Assembly (NCBI GenBank): GCA_002269645.1
Contig: NIVC01000130.1
Span: 124,001 to 188,000, forward strand
From: Macrostomum lignano
Taxonomy: Eukaryota
Direction of reading: 5' to 3'
Length of the DNA stretch: 64,000 bases
Within the stretch, counting starts at the first letter, position 1; each line of letters begins with the position of its first letter. Positions 44,885-58,183 of this stretch are shown here, in pieces. The notes below the pieces were generated by a model, which was given only the letters and a program-made list of their open reading frames with translations, was not told the DNA's origin and searched no databases. The translations under genes were made by a program, and so were the position numbers.

Positions 44885-45906
44885 AGAAAGAAGCATGGTT
44901 CCAACGAAATCGTGAGAGAAAAACATCAACTGAAAGGAACATACTGTATGCCATAGTGTGTCTTACCTTCTTTAGATTGTTTCAATATTGAAAACACTTT
45001 GATAATAAGCTTAGCCGTAACGCGCCTTTAAATATGCCTCCGAATTTACAGATTAAAACAAATTGCATTGTTTTCTATTTTTGTCATAAATCAAAACTAT
45101 ATTTAGAAAGCTATCGTAACTGAATAACTGACAATCAATAGCTAACAGGTGACAAAATGATAAATAACTGATAGACAACAGAGAACAGGTTTTAATGGTT
45201 TTAAAATAACAAATTTCGAGTTTTTAACGCGTTTTTCAGTATATATTTATGTCAGATAAAATAATAATAGAATACAAAGGCTTACAATAAAAATGTGTTC
45301 CAATTTGAAAAAAAACTTTTGTTTTCAGAAGTTATTACAAAAGAAAAAATCGAAAATTGAAAGTGATAAGAAAAATATTTACTTTTTTGCCAAGTAAATG
45401 TACTGCTTTTTTGTTCTGTACAAAGAAAATTTATTTCGAGTTCTGAATATTATGAAAAATTAATTATAGAAATCGAAGATATCCTTGACTTTATTAAAAA
45501 TGACTTGGAATCTATGAACAGTAGAATTTTTTTCCATCCAAACAAACAAACAAAAAATTTTTTTGAAGTGGTTTGAAATAAGCGAATTTTAGATGACGCA
45601 ACGATTTAGTGTAAACTGTTTAAAAAGTATAACATATCTTTTTACACTACTCACTAGTGCAAGTAGTTTTAGTTTAACATAGAGTAATAAAGCGAATATA
45701 TATAACTATTAAATTAATAAAACTCGGACTTCAGTAGGTGCAATTATAACAAGAAAACTTTTTGATGATTTTTTACTTAAAAAGATCCCAAACTGATGAA
45801 TTTATAAAACAAAAGTCTGAATTAATGCAGTAGTAAAATTCAGGGGAAATGTTCAACGAGATAAAAACTTGTGTCCGTTTTTTGAATTGTTGCGCGAGGA
45901 ACACAG

Positions 45907-48900
45907 TTAAAAATCCTCGTACATGCGACTCAGCCGGTTCAGAGCCTCTTCAAAATCGCCATTGGCTTCCCGCAGCACTTTAGCATTGATCTCCTTCCGG
46001 TAAAATCCCATTTCTAGAAGTTTCTGCAGTTGCAGGCGTTCGCTTTGCTCGCCGCGGGGACCCCAAATGTCGCTGCTGCTGTCGCTGCTGGTCAGGTTAG
46101 ACAAAGATCCTTGCTGTTGAAGAAGTCTTGGAGCAGGCGGCGGCGGCGGAAGCGGCTTCTGCTGTGGCTGTGGCGGCTGCTGCTGCTGCTGCTGAGGCGG
46201 TGGCACCCAGTTCGAAGTCTTGGGCACGTAGGCGGCCGCCAGAAGCATCGAGGGGTGAACTCGATCGGATAGCGACTGTGAGAGCAGCCTGTGCAAGCAT
46301 AAATATTGGGATTTTAGTTTTATTCTCCTGACATTTGAGTGATTCTCCTGACATTTGAGTGATTCTACTGACATTTGAGTTAGTCTCCTGACATTTAAGT
46401 GATTCTACTGACATTTGAGTGATTCTACTGACATTTGAGTGATTCTACTGACATTTGAGTGATTCTACTGACATTTGAGTGATTCTACTGACAATTAAGC
46501 AATTCTTCTGATATTTGAGCTACTCACTAGGCCCGACTAGGCCTAACTACAACAATGCCCTCAATCAACTTACCGAGCGGCAACCGACTGGTTAGAAGCG
46601 TCAAAAGTGGCACTTGTACTTTTAATAGAGGCTGAAGATGCGACTGATGACTGCTGCTGTTGCTGCTGCTGCTGCTGTGGTTGCTCCCTCTGCTGCTGCT
46701 GTGGTTGCTCCCTCTGCTGCTGCTGCTGTTGTTGCTGTGGTTGCTCCCTCTGCTGCTGCTGGTGCTGTTGCTGCTGTGGTTGCTCCCTCTGCTGCTGCTG
46801 CTGTTGTTGCTGTGGTTGCTCCCTCTGCTGCTGCTGGTGCTGTTGCTGCTGTGGTTGGTCCCTCTGCTGCTGCTGATGCTGATGTTGCTGCTGCTGTGGC
46901 TGCTGCTGAGACACCGCAGCAGAAGAAATTCGAGGGGGCAGCGGAGGCGGCAACAAATTCTGAGCCCTATTATCATCATCATCAAGACTAAACGAACTTG
47001 TCAAATCCACCAGGCAATCCTCGAAGTTGCTGTTATCAAATCCGTTGTTTGGCTGAGCAGGCGCGCTGTCTGCGGGCACCAAGGTCGGTGCTACAGGCGG
47101 CGGTGTCAACGGCGCCCGAGAATCCAACACGAAACAGCTTGGCAACTCATCGTCGCTAATGAGCTCAAACGAGTTCTCGTCTGAGTCATCGACATTGGAG
47201 CCGACGCGGCGATGTTGCCAATGATGATAATCTGCTTCGGTCTGTGCAGCCGAGGTGACACCCGAACTCCAGCTGCCAGCTGTCTGGGCCAACTGCATCA
47301 AAGTCAGCGAAGCATTAATCGGCTCGCCAATATGCCTGCCCCGACGATCTTTCAATCGATAAACCGAATAAACCTGACGCAGTGGAGGCCTATTAGTAGT
47401 ATCGTTAGCATTGTTGCTTGAATCTTGCTCAGCCACCGAATCGGAGCCAAGGAGAAGTGCGGACTGTTCAACAGCCGATTGAGGTGCTCGCCAGCTCAGG
47501 CAAATGATTCGAATATCGCCCTCGGGTATTGGCGGCACTGCCAGGTGAATTTCCAAAGGCATCAGGCCGCAGCTGAACACGTGCTCGAGGTAATAATCAC
47601 CCGATTGAATGTTGCGACTGCTTCGGTTAATTAGTTGATAGTCTTTGCACAGCCGCTGACCATTGTCGCTCAGGTAGAATTGGCAACCGTTGGCCTGAGC
47701 CAGTTCGCGAATCTGATTGGAGAATCAAACAGTTCAATAGGGCGGTGCATTTGGCTATGCTCAACGGATTGAGTTATTCGCTTAGTACTCCATTCAGTTA
47801 CTCAGTTACTCAGTCACTCAGCTACTCGGTCACTCAGTTACTTTACTCAGTCACTCATTACTCACACAGTCACTCAGCTACTCAGTCACTCAGTCACTCA
47901 GTCACTCAGTCACACAGTTACTCAGTCACTCGCTACTAAGTCACACAGTTACTCGGTCACTCAGTTACGCAGTCACTCATTACTCAGTCACAGTCACTCA
48001 GCTAGTCAGTCACTCAGTCACTCAGTTTCTCAGTCCCTCGCTCATCTTGGCACACACTCAATCAGACATTGAATCAACAATCAACGCGGAATCAGCACCC
48101 CCTATCAAAATAAAAGTTGATAGAACACGTCACTCATTAAGAAATAAAAGTTCCACAAAAAAGCATCATTGCAGGATTTGCACATATATGTTACCTCGAT
48201 TTCGAATTCCTCCTCGTGAACGACCTCCAGCGTGGCATGAACACCAGCCGGCACTCCTAGAGAGCTCAGAAAGCCAGCAAATGGATTATGAGCGCTAATG
48301 CCATTCCCACCGTCACCGCCGCGAGCTAATTCGGGATTCGATATCAACGGACGAGCATTCAACGAAGCCGATATTGGTTCGTAAATTTTGATAAACAAAT
48401 GATTGCGCTGTTGGTGCGGCCGGCTCGATTCGCATCTCTCGCACAGATCGTAGTCCTTGCACATGCTGGATAATGGGTACAGGATGTTATGCAGTGCTAT
48501 GTAAGGCTTTACCCACTAGTGGCTAGGATTTCTTTCTGGCGTCTTTGATAGCGCCAGAATTACTGGCAAGGGGGCGCCAAAGCTACTGGCAAGGGGGCGC
48601 CAAAGCTACTGGCAAGAAGGGGGGCGCCAAAGCTACTGGCATGGGGGCGCCAGCCGCCAAAGCTACTGGCAAGGTGGCGCCAAAGCCACTGGCAAGGTGG
48701 CGCCAAAGCTACTGGCAAGAGGTGGCGCCAAAGCTACTGGCAAGGTGGCGCCAAAGCTACTGGCAAGGTGGCGCCAAAGCTACTGGCAAGGTGGCGCCAA
48801 AGCTACTGGTAAAAGGGGGCGCCAAAGCTACTGGTAAAAGGGGCGCCAAAGCTACTGGTAAAAGGGGCGCCAAAGCTACTGGTAAAAGGGGGCGCCAAAG

Positions 48901-49649
48901 CTAACTGGTAAAAGGGTTCGCCAAAGCTACAGGTAAAACCGGCGCCAAAGCTACTGGTAAAAGGGGGCGCCAAAGCTACTGGTAAAAGGGTTCGCCAAAG
49001 CTACTGGTAAAAGGGGGCGCCAAAGCTACTGATAAAAGGGGGCGCCAAAGCTACTGTCAAGGGGGCGCCAAAGCTACTGATAAAAGGGGGCGCCAAAGCT
49101 ACTTTCAAGGGGGCGCTAAAAATCTACTGGCAAGAGGGCGCCAAAAAAGATTATTTCTCTTCATATGATCTTCAAAGCTCCTACATTAATATTTTAATTT
49201 TGTGTCATAGACATAAGTCATAGCTAATTAAATTGTATTTTTAGTTTGTCTTACCCGCACTTATAGCGCACTCCGACAATAACTGTGTTGCAATTGTCGC
49301 AGTAAACATTTTGATGTACTGGTAGAGGCAACGGAGACTGTCCGAACTGACTCTGGGCACCATTGCCAGCATTTCTAGGAGTTGAACTCTGGCTCTGCTG
49401 CTGCTGTTGATGCTGAGTAACTTCACTCGCGACGCGAGTAACAAGTCGGTTCTCGAATTTTCCCAAACTCTGCTCCACAACTAGAGTTAAATCTTCAACA
49501 AGCTTTGCATGATTAGCAGCCATTTCGTCCTGATTATTCAATGGTGCAGTTGCAGTCGATTGATTCTGCTGGCTGTTAGGGGCGAGAGGCGTTTCGCCGG
49601 TTGTTTCCGACGTAACATCAACCAACGCGAAATCCATTAGTGCATCCAT
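45907..49649 (-). CDS. NBR1: NBR1-like selective autophagy receptor (ZZ, FW/NBR1-Ig-like, LIR, poly-Q, UBA), 4 exons, about 728 aa from Met 49649
   Basis: Exons 49649-49255, 48465-48195, 47712-46574 and 46288-45907, phase-consistent GT-AG (2187 nt). ZZ: HQNVYCDNC..IVGVRYKCGMCKDYDLCERCE..H..HLFIKI. FW-like: VPPIPEG..ICLSWRAP..VYSVYRLKDRRGRHIGEPI. LIR: DSDENSFELI. UBA: LQKLLEMGFY..NAKVLREANGDFEEALNRL. Confidence 0.85.
46322..46520. repeat. 20-bp minisatellite in NBR1-like intron 3
   Basis: Unit GACATTTGAGTGATTCTACT, about 10 copies. Confidence 0.9.
47780..48045. repeat. CAGTCACT-type 8-mer repeat in NBR1-like intron 2
   Basis: Recurring CTCAGTCA and CTCAGTTA units. Confidence 0.85.
48555..49145. 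repeat. About 22-25-bp minisatellite in NBR1-like intron 1
   Basis: Unit GGCGCCAAAGCTACTGG(C/T)AA(AA)GG(G)n. Confidence 0.92.
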
Positions 49650-52326
49650 GACAACACAAAATTTCTAAAGATATGCCAGATAAACAGCCGAAACTAATAT
49701 TGACAATTAGGAAACACTGCGTTGGAAAAACCAGAGAAGCTGACGCAGCAAGAATTCGCAAATAACTTAAGGTTGCAAAAGCGTTGTCATGCAATTGCAA
49801 TATTTACTTGCACTAAATTGAAATTAAAAATATTCACTGCTCCTAAGCTTGACGAAAATAACTTATCACAAAATGTTTTACCTTAAAATTATTTAATTAT
49901 TTAGATATATATTATTACACACTTGCTTTAACTTCTGGACATTAAGCGTTGTTTTGTTTTTATCCATATTATGACATCATTTTGCTACAGAAATAATTTA
50001 AACTGTCTACTTTCACAGAAAAACGGTTCGATTAAGTTCAATCAAAATTCCATGTCAAGGTCAAGATTATAATCAGAAAACGAAACCATATAGTTTTTGT
50101 CCTCTTAGATAAATGCAGACAAAGTCAGGGTTTCTAAATTTGATAGTTTTAATGTATTAGGTCAATGACTTATAATTGCTTATTGCTGTCTAGGTTAAAA
50201 AGGACAAGGAAAGGAAACAAAACGATACCACTCTTTTATCACTCTTTTACAATAATAGGGTGATAGAACAATAATAAAAACAACAACAATATCACCCTTT
50301 TAGAGTCTAATTACAATATGTTAGGATAGTCAAATTCAAATGCTTTAGCATTCATTAATGACTACAGCTTAGTAAGTATTGTTATAATATAGTACCCACT
50401 AACCCACACCTATGGCGTTAGGCCCGGCCCTACTTGTACTTGTACTTAATAGTTCTAATTGTTAAAATGGCTTTTGGCTTTGATATTTAATAGATCAAAT
50501 TTTTATTTATTATTAATGATCTTAAACTAATGTATAAACTTTAGCTAAGTTTTAAAAATGAAAACAAAATAGTTTTGATATTTACATTAGTAAAGTAAAT
50601 TAAATTAATGTCCTAAATATATTCTTGACTTATTATTAGTATTTAAATCTATATGAGCTAATTTTAAGAAAAATGTTTTAATTCAAATGAATATATCTTC
50701 ATTTCATTAAAAATCTAAGATATGCACAAAAAATGGATTGAACTATCTTGACTCTTAGGCAAGCAAATCTATGAATATAAATTAAGAATATACATTGCCT
50801 ATTATGCCATTTTATAAAGACTTGCACATAGTTTAGTTATACTAATATTTTTTTAAGTTTTGCAATATAGCAATTTATAATAATCAAGTTTTATATATTG
50901 TTTATCATTATTATTTTTTTTTGAATGAATGCATAACCCCTTGATTTATACCAGTTGTGTGACTTACTTTTTAACCAAAAATGCAACTTATATATGAAAA
51001 GCTTATGCAAAAATGAATGTAATATAATTATGAGTAAATGGCAAGAGTAACTACCTATAGCTATATTACAAAGGCTAAATGTTTTATCATCTAATTAGTT
51101 TTATCTCTGCATTTTTAAGTGACTTTTTTGTAACTTACTTTGGCTAGGCCCTTTACTAGTTGGTCCAATTAACTGGCTTGATTGAGTATTTTATATATAT
51201 ATATATATATATTGTTTTGTATATTCTAGCCTAAAATAAACTTGTTATCAAATTAAATCAATTAGTTATAGGCCCAATGTAATGGTAGATAAAAAGCATG
51301 TCCAATGTAGATACTTTAGTAAAATATAGCAATGTTTTTTAAACTTTTGCATCTAAATTTGTATTAAAACCTTTATTAGATAGGTATGAAATAAGTATTA
51401 AATAATACATGATTGTTTTGAGTTGGTAAATGGTAAATAGGTTTAAAAAAAGTGAGCTTCAAAAAATATAACATTGAATATAGTAAAAACTGCATAATAA
51501 GTATATTATCAAGAAACATAATTCAATTTTATGATCATGCATATGCAACCTATAAAGTTATACCTGCTTTGCAACTTTGTAATTTACTTAAAAATAAAGC
51601 AAAATTGATTTAAAAAACTTGTCAATTTTGCAATTTGCCTTTAGTCTATCTTAATTTATATATGAAAGATTAAATAGGCTAGCAGTCAATTGTACATGTG
51701 CATTTATAATCTTTATTGCAACCTAAAAATATTCAAATATGCCAGACAAAAATGCAAAAATATATGTCATAAAAAGTCCTTTCTTTCTTTGTTAATGATA
51801 ATTAAGCCTTTTATACAAAAATATAAATATTTTAACATTTCTTTTAAGTTCTATTTTAAATGCTATTGCATTTTTTATATTTATATCCATTTTATTAGAA
51901 GAAATTTAGTTTATTAGTTAGTCTAGGCTATGTGCAATATAGATCTGTTTTTGTTAAAAAGTCTAGATCATAGGTAGGCTCTAGTTTCAAAATACCTAAA
52001 CTTATTCTAAATTTATTGAATTGTATTTTCTTAAATTCAATAATTAAAAAAAACCTAGCTATAATATTATATACATATATTATGATAAACAAATGTGGTA
52101 AAATGTTGATTGATTTATTTATTTACAATTTCTGATAGACAATAATGCATTGGGCATGCTAAGAAGTTTCTATTTAATTTGCATTCAAAATTATTTATGG
52201 GCAACTATGTTATGTATATGCCCATAAACAACTGGTGTGCACTTTTAGAGCTTCCATATAAAAATTAGTAGACCAAAGCTCATTGAATTGATTTACACTA
52301 TCTTTGTTTCTACCTTAAATGGAAAA

Positions 52327-55300
52327 ATGATTCTTAGTCATCAAGAAGGAAAGAATGTTTCTATTCACCTATTGGATGGCAATACAATGTCAATTTTTGT
52401 GCGGGTAAGTGGGCTTGACAAATTATTTGACTTATTATTTGTCAATTCTTTGTATTTGTCTGCAAAGATTGCTTTCTTGAAATATAAGTTCTGTAATTCT
52501 ATTTCTCTTATATCCCAGAGCCTATGGAGTCCCAGTTCTCAAGTCAGGAGTCCCTTCAGACTCTCTGTGGAGTCCCAGTTCTCAAGTCAGGAGTCCCTTC
52601 AGACTCTGTGGAGTCCCAGTTCTCAAGTCAGGAGTCCCTTCAGACTCTCTGTGGAGTCCCAGTTCTCAAGTCAAGAGTCCCTTCAGACTCTGTGGAGTCC
52701 CAGTTCTCAGGTCAAGAGTCCCTTCAGACTCTCTGTGGAGTCCCAGTTCTCAAGTCAGGTGTCCCTTCAGATTCTCTGTGGAGTCCCAGTTCTCAAGTCA
52801 GGAGTCCCTTCAGACTCTCTGTGGAGTCCCAGTTCTCAGGTCAAGAGTCCCTTCAGACTCTCTGTGGAGTCCCAGTTCTCAAGTCAGGAGTCCCTTCAGA
52901 CTCTCTGTGGAGTCCCAGTTCTCAGGTCAAGAGTCCCTTCAGACTCTCTGTGGAGTCCCAGTTCTCAAGTCAAGAGTCCCAGTTCTCAGGTCAAGAGTCC
53001 CAGTTGTCAGGTCAAGAGTCCCTTCAGACTCTCTGTGGAGTCCCAGTTCTCAAGTCAGGAGTCCCTTCAGACTCTCTGTGGAGTCCCAGTTCTCAGGTCA
53101 AGAGTCCCAGTTCTCAGGTCAAGAGTCCCTTCAGACTCTCTGTGGAGTCCCAGTTCTCAGGTCAAGAGTCCCAGTTCTTAAGTCAAGAGTCCCAGTTCTC
53201 AAGTCAAGAGTGCCAGTTCTCAGGTCAAGAGTCCCAGTTCTCAGGTCAAGAGTCCCAGTTGTCAGGTCAAGAGTCCCTTCAGACTCTCTGTGGAGTCCCA
53301 GTTCTCAGGTCAAGAGTCCCAGTTCTCAGGTCAAGAGTCCCAGTTCTCAGGTCAAGAGTCCCAGTTCTCAGGTCAAGAGTCCCAGTTCTCAGGTCAAGAG
53401 TCCCTTCAGACTCTCTGTGGAGTCCCAGTTCTCAAGTCAGGAGTCCCTTCAGACTCTCTGTGGAGTCCCAGTTCTCTGGTCAAGAGTCCCTTCAGACTCT
53501 CTATGGAGTCCCAGTTCTCAGGTCAAGAGTCCCTTCAGACTCTCTGTGGAGTCCCAGTTCTCAGGTCAAGAGTCCCAGTTCTTAAGTCAAGAGTCCCAGT
53601 TCTCAAGTCAAGAGTGCCAGTTCTCAGGTCAAGAGTCCCAGTTCTCAGGTCAAGAGTCCCAGTTGTCAGGTCAAGAGTCCCTTCAGACTCTCTGTGGAGT
53701 CCCAGTTCTCAGGTCAAGAGTCCCAGTTCTCAGGTCAAGAGTCCCAGTTCTCAGGTCAAGAGTCCCAGTTCTCAGGTCAAGAGTCCCTTCAGACTCTCTG
53801 TGGAGTCCCAGTTCTCAAGTCAGGTGTCCCTTCAGATTCTCTGTGGAGTCCCAGTTCTCAAGTCAGGAGTCCCTTCAGACTCTCTGTGGAGTCCCAGTTC
53901 TCAGGTCAAGAGTCCCTTCAGACTCTCTATGGAGTCCCAGTTCTCAGGTCAAGAGTCCCAGTTCTCAGGTCAAGAGTCCCTTCAGACTCTCTATGGAGTT
54001 CCAGTTCTCAAGTCCCAGAGTCCCTGGAGGAGTCCCAACTAATAGATGTACATTCTGTGAATTATAATAAACATGACCAATTCGTCAATCAATTGCCCAG
54101 CCCCGTCTCCTCGTCAGCGAGCTGCTGGATTTAGTCGCCTCACATTACGATCTTGGCGCTGACCGTTGCTACTTTGGTTTCTGCTGTTACTATGGCAACC
54201 AAACTGGCTCTGGCTTCTCAGCGGCGGCAGCCACAACAACTAACGGTGTTATAAACTCTTCGCTAGTTGATTTGGGGACGGAATTTTGGTTGCCAGGCGG
54301 AGCTCGAGTACTCGACCACGAGCTGTGCCGTCAGCAAAGCCAGCCTCAGCTTATGTTTCGCGTTAAATTCTATCCATTGAGCTACTCCAGAATCGAGAAC
54401 CGGTCGGCTTTGCAATTGTTCTACCTGCAGTGCCGGCAGCTGTTACTGCGGGGCAGACTGCACTGCGGATGCGATCTGGATCTGTTTAATCTGGCAGCGC
54501 TGGCTCTGCAGATCGAGCTGGGCGATTTTGATAGGTAAGAATTTTTTATTTGTGCGCTCGTCTGATCTTTGATATTGTGTTTTTATTGTGATAATCGTTA
54601 GGGACTTTTATGATTATCGATCGGGACTTTTATGATAATCGATCAGGGCCTTTTATGATTATCGATCAGGCCTTTTATGATTATCAATCAGGATTTCTGT
54701 GATTATCGATCGGGATTTCTATGATTAACGATCGGGACTTTTATAATTATCGATTCGGACTTTTATGATTATCGATGGGATTTTTATGATTATCGATCGG
54801 GATTTTTATGATTATCGATCGGGATTTCTATGATTATCGATCGGGACTTTTATAATTATCGATTCGGACTTTTATGATTATCGATGGGATTTTTATGATT
54901 ATCGATCGGGATTTTTATGATTATCGATCGGGATTTCTATGATTATCGATCGGGACTTTTATAATTATCGATCGTTTCTTAATAATTATCGATCGGGACT
55001 TTTATGATTATCGATCGTTTCTTAATGATTATCGATCGGGACTTTTATAATTATCGATCGGGACTTTTATGATTATCGATCGGGACTTTTATGATTATCG
55101 ATCGGGATTTTTATGATTATCGATCGGGACTTTTATGATTCTCGACCGACACTTTATAATTATCGATCGGGACTTTAATGATTATTGATCGGGATTTTGT
55201 GATTATCGATTGAGACTTAACGAGTCAGGAAGCAGGATTCAGAGAATTTAGATTGTGTCTAGAAGATATGAGAAGTTTTTTACACCAAACAATTATTTAC

Positions 55301-58144
55301 ACTCGCCCAGCTTAGCCAATTAAAAGCTTTCACTTCATTTTTTCGTTTATTTTTTTGTGCGCAATAATATAGCTAAAATTTAACAACGCAAACTGGTAAG
55401 TCTGGAAAAAACGTTTTGCTACAATACAAAAAAGCGCATTAAAGAATATAACGCGTTAAATAAATTTAAAATATACTGGAATAAATGACGGACTCGATGC
55501 GGAGGTATTGGCTGCCCACTGAGGTCTAACTGAGTGGGTATCTGTGGCCTACTGCAGGTCTAACTGAGTGGGTATCTGTGGCCTACTGCAGGTCTAACTG
55601 ATTGGATATCTGTGGCCTACTGCAGGTCTAACTGATTGGGTATCTGTGGCCTACTGCAGGTCTAACTGATTGGGTATCTGTGGCCTACTGCAGGTATAAC
55701 TGAGTGGGTATCTGTGACCTACTGCAGGTCTAACTAAGGGGATATCTGTGACCTACTGCAGGTCTAACTAAGAGGATAACTGTGGCCTACTGCAGGTCTA
55801 ACTAAGGGGATATCTGTGACCTACTGCAGGTCTAACTGAGAGGATATCTGTGACCTACTGCAGGTATAACTAAGGGGATATCTGTGACCTACTGCAGGTC
55901 TAACTGAGAGGATATCTGTGACCTACTGCAGGTATAACTAAGGGGATATCTGTGACCTACTGCAGGTCTAACTGAGAGGATATCTGTGACCTACTGCAGG
56001 TATAACTAAGGGGATATCTGTGACCTACTGCAGGTCTAACTGAGAGGATACCTGTGACCTACTGCAGGTCTAACTAAGGGGATATCTGTGACCTACTGCA
56101 GGTCTAACTAAGGGAATATCTGTGACCTACTGCAGGTCTGACTGAGTGGGTATCTGTGACCTACTGCAGGTCTAACTAAGGGGATATCTGTGACCTACTG
56201 CAGGTCTAACTAAGGGGATATCTGTGACCTACTGCAGGTCTAACTGAGGGGGTATCTGTGGCCTACTGCAGGTCTAACTGAGGGGGTATCTGTGGCCTAC
56301 TGAAGGTCTAACTGAAAGAGTAGCCGTAGGTTTTTAAACAAACTACCCGAAGAGGATTACAATAACAGCACTATTCCTGAGTACATATTATTATTGATGC
56401 AGGCCAACAACTTCTGTATCGATTCATCAACGATTTACAGTAATATATAATGCATATAATATGAAGCCTTGCATTGCATGCCCCTGCTCATGGCTTGGCT
56501 AAAAAATCCAATTAAGTCATATTCATTAATTATTGCTAGTATATTCATCTAGCCCTCCTTATTTCATTATTATTCGTACAATAATAATATTCATTGGACA
56601 TCTCTTTACAATCATCGTTTGTTAAATAATTTGCATAGGGAATGTGAAGCCTATTTTGTTTTATGATCATATCTGCATGTATTTATATTTATAGTTATTA
56701 AAGGGTTTCTCCCTGTGTAATTCTATGCTTATATAATCGTTTGCTAAACAAATGTTGCAAATTCTATGTTTACAGCGAAGAGACCGCTATGAGGGAACTC
56801 AAACAGCTTCCCGTGTTCCCTTTGAGTCTGCTGATGAGGCATCCTTCGTTGGAGTATTGGTGAGTTTGTTTAAACTGATTCGATGCTTTTCGTTTGTTTT
56901 TATTAGAATAAAAATGTCTAAGCCTCTTTTTTTCTAGGACACTTCCCAGATTATCTATTGTGTTTTCTAAGAAATCACTGCCCTGTTTATCTATTGGGAG
57001 TTCTGAGTAACCACACTGTCCCGATAATCTATTAGTATTTCTAAGAAACCAAACTGCCCTGATAGTCTATTGTGATTTCTAAGAAACTACACTATTGGGA
57101 TTTCTACGAAACACACTATTGGGATTTCTAAGAAATCACACTATAGGGATTTCTAAGAAACTACACTACTGGCATTTCTAAGAAACCTCACTATTGGGAT
57201 TTCTAAGAAACCACAATATTGGGATTTCTAAGAAAACACAATATTGGGATTTCTAAGAAAACACACTATTGGGATTTCTAAGAAACCACAATATTGGGAT
57301 TTCTAAGAAACCACACTCCCCGAGAATCAATTAAGATTTTTAAGACGCCATACTCGATATTTTTTATTTCTAAGAAACCACAGTGCCCCGAAACCTATTT
57401 GATTTCTAAGAAACCGCGCTCTATTGGTCGAGTGTATTTCTAAGAAACCAAATCCTTGGTATTTTTAAGAAACCGGACTCTATCGGTATTTCAAAGAAAC
57501 CATGCTGCACCGAAACCTATTGAGATAAAAAAACTGCATTTCCCAATTATCTAATAGGATTTCTAAGAACCCAATAGGGATCTATAAAGATTTACAAGAA
57601 GCTTATAAAATGATTTCTAAAGCCACTTAGCCACTTCTTTGATTAACAAGCTGTATTAATCCAAGTCTAATCCCACCTATTCACTCTGCAGCGAGAAGCA
57701 GACGGTCGCCTACTATAAAGTCCTCTCGGGTATGTCTAGAACGGACGCCCTGTACTCTTATTTGCGCTTGGCGAGCGAGCAGTCAAACTACGGCCAGACT
57801 CTGTTCGCGGTGCAAGACTCAGCCGGTCTGCCCTGGTGGCTTGGCGTCGGACTCCGCGGCCTGGCTCTGTTCGACCACGGCGACAGGCAGAATCCAAGGC
57901 AGACTCTGGACTGGCCCGCTCTGGAAAATGTCTTTCATAGGGACCGGCGGGTGTGCTTCGATGTGCACTGCGACCCGCGGAGGTGGGTGCACTCTGTCTG
58001 TCTGTCTGTCTGTGTGTCTGTCTGTGTATCTGTGTGTCTGTGTGTCTGTCTGTGTGTCTGTCTGTCTGTGTGTCTGTCTGTGTGTCTGTCTGTCTGTGTG
58101 TCTGTCTGTGTCTGTCTGTCTGTGTGACTGTGTGTCTGTCTGTA

Positions 58145-58183
<39 letters not shown>

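Noticed and set aside
46607-47184. Poly-Cys, poly-Leu and poly-Ala ORFs on +
   Set aside because: Antisense shadows of the NBR1-like poly-Q exon.
52288-54067. 297-429 aa ESQFSSQ/SPSSQV ORFs
   Set aside because: Read-through of the exon 1 donor (52405) into a minisatellite; the real coding sequence resumes at 54101.
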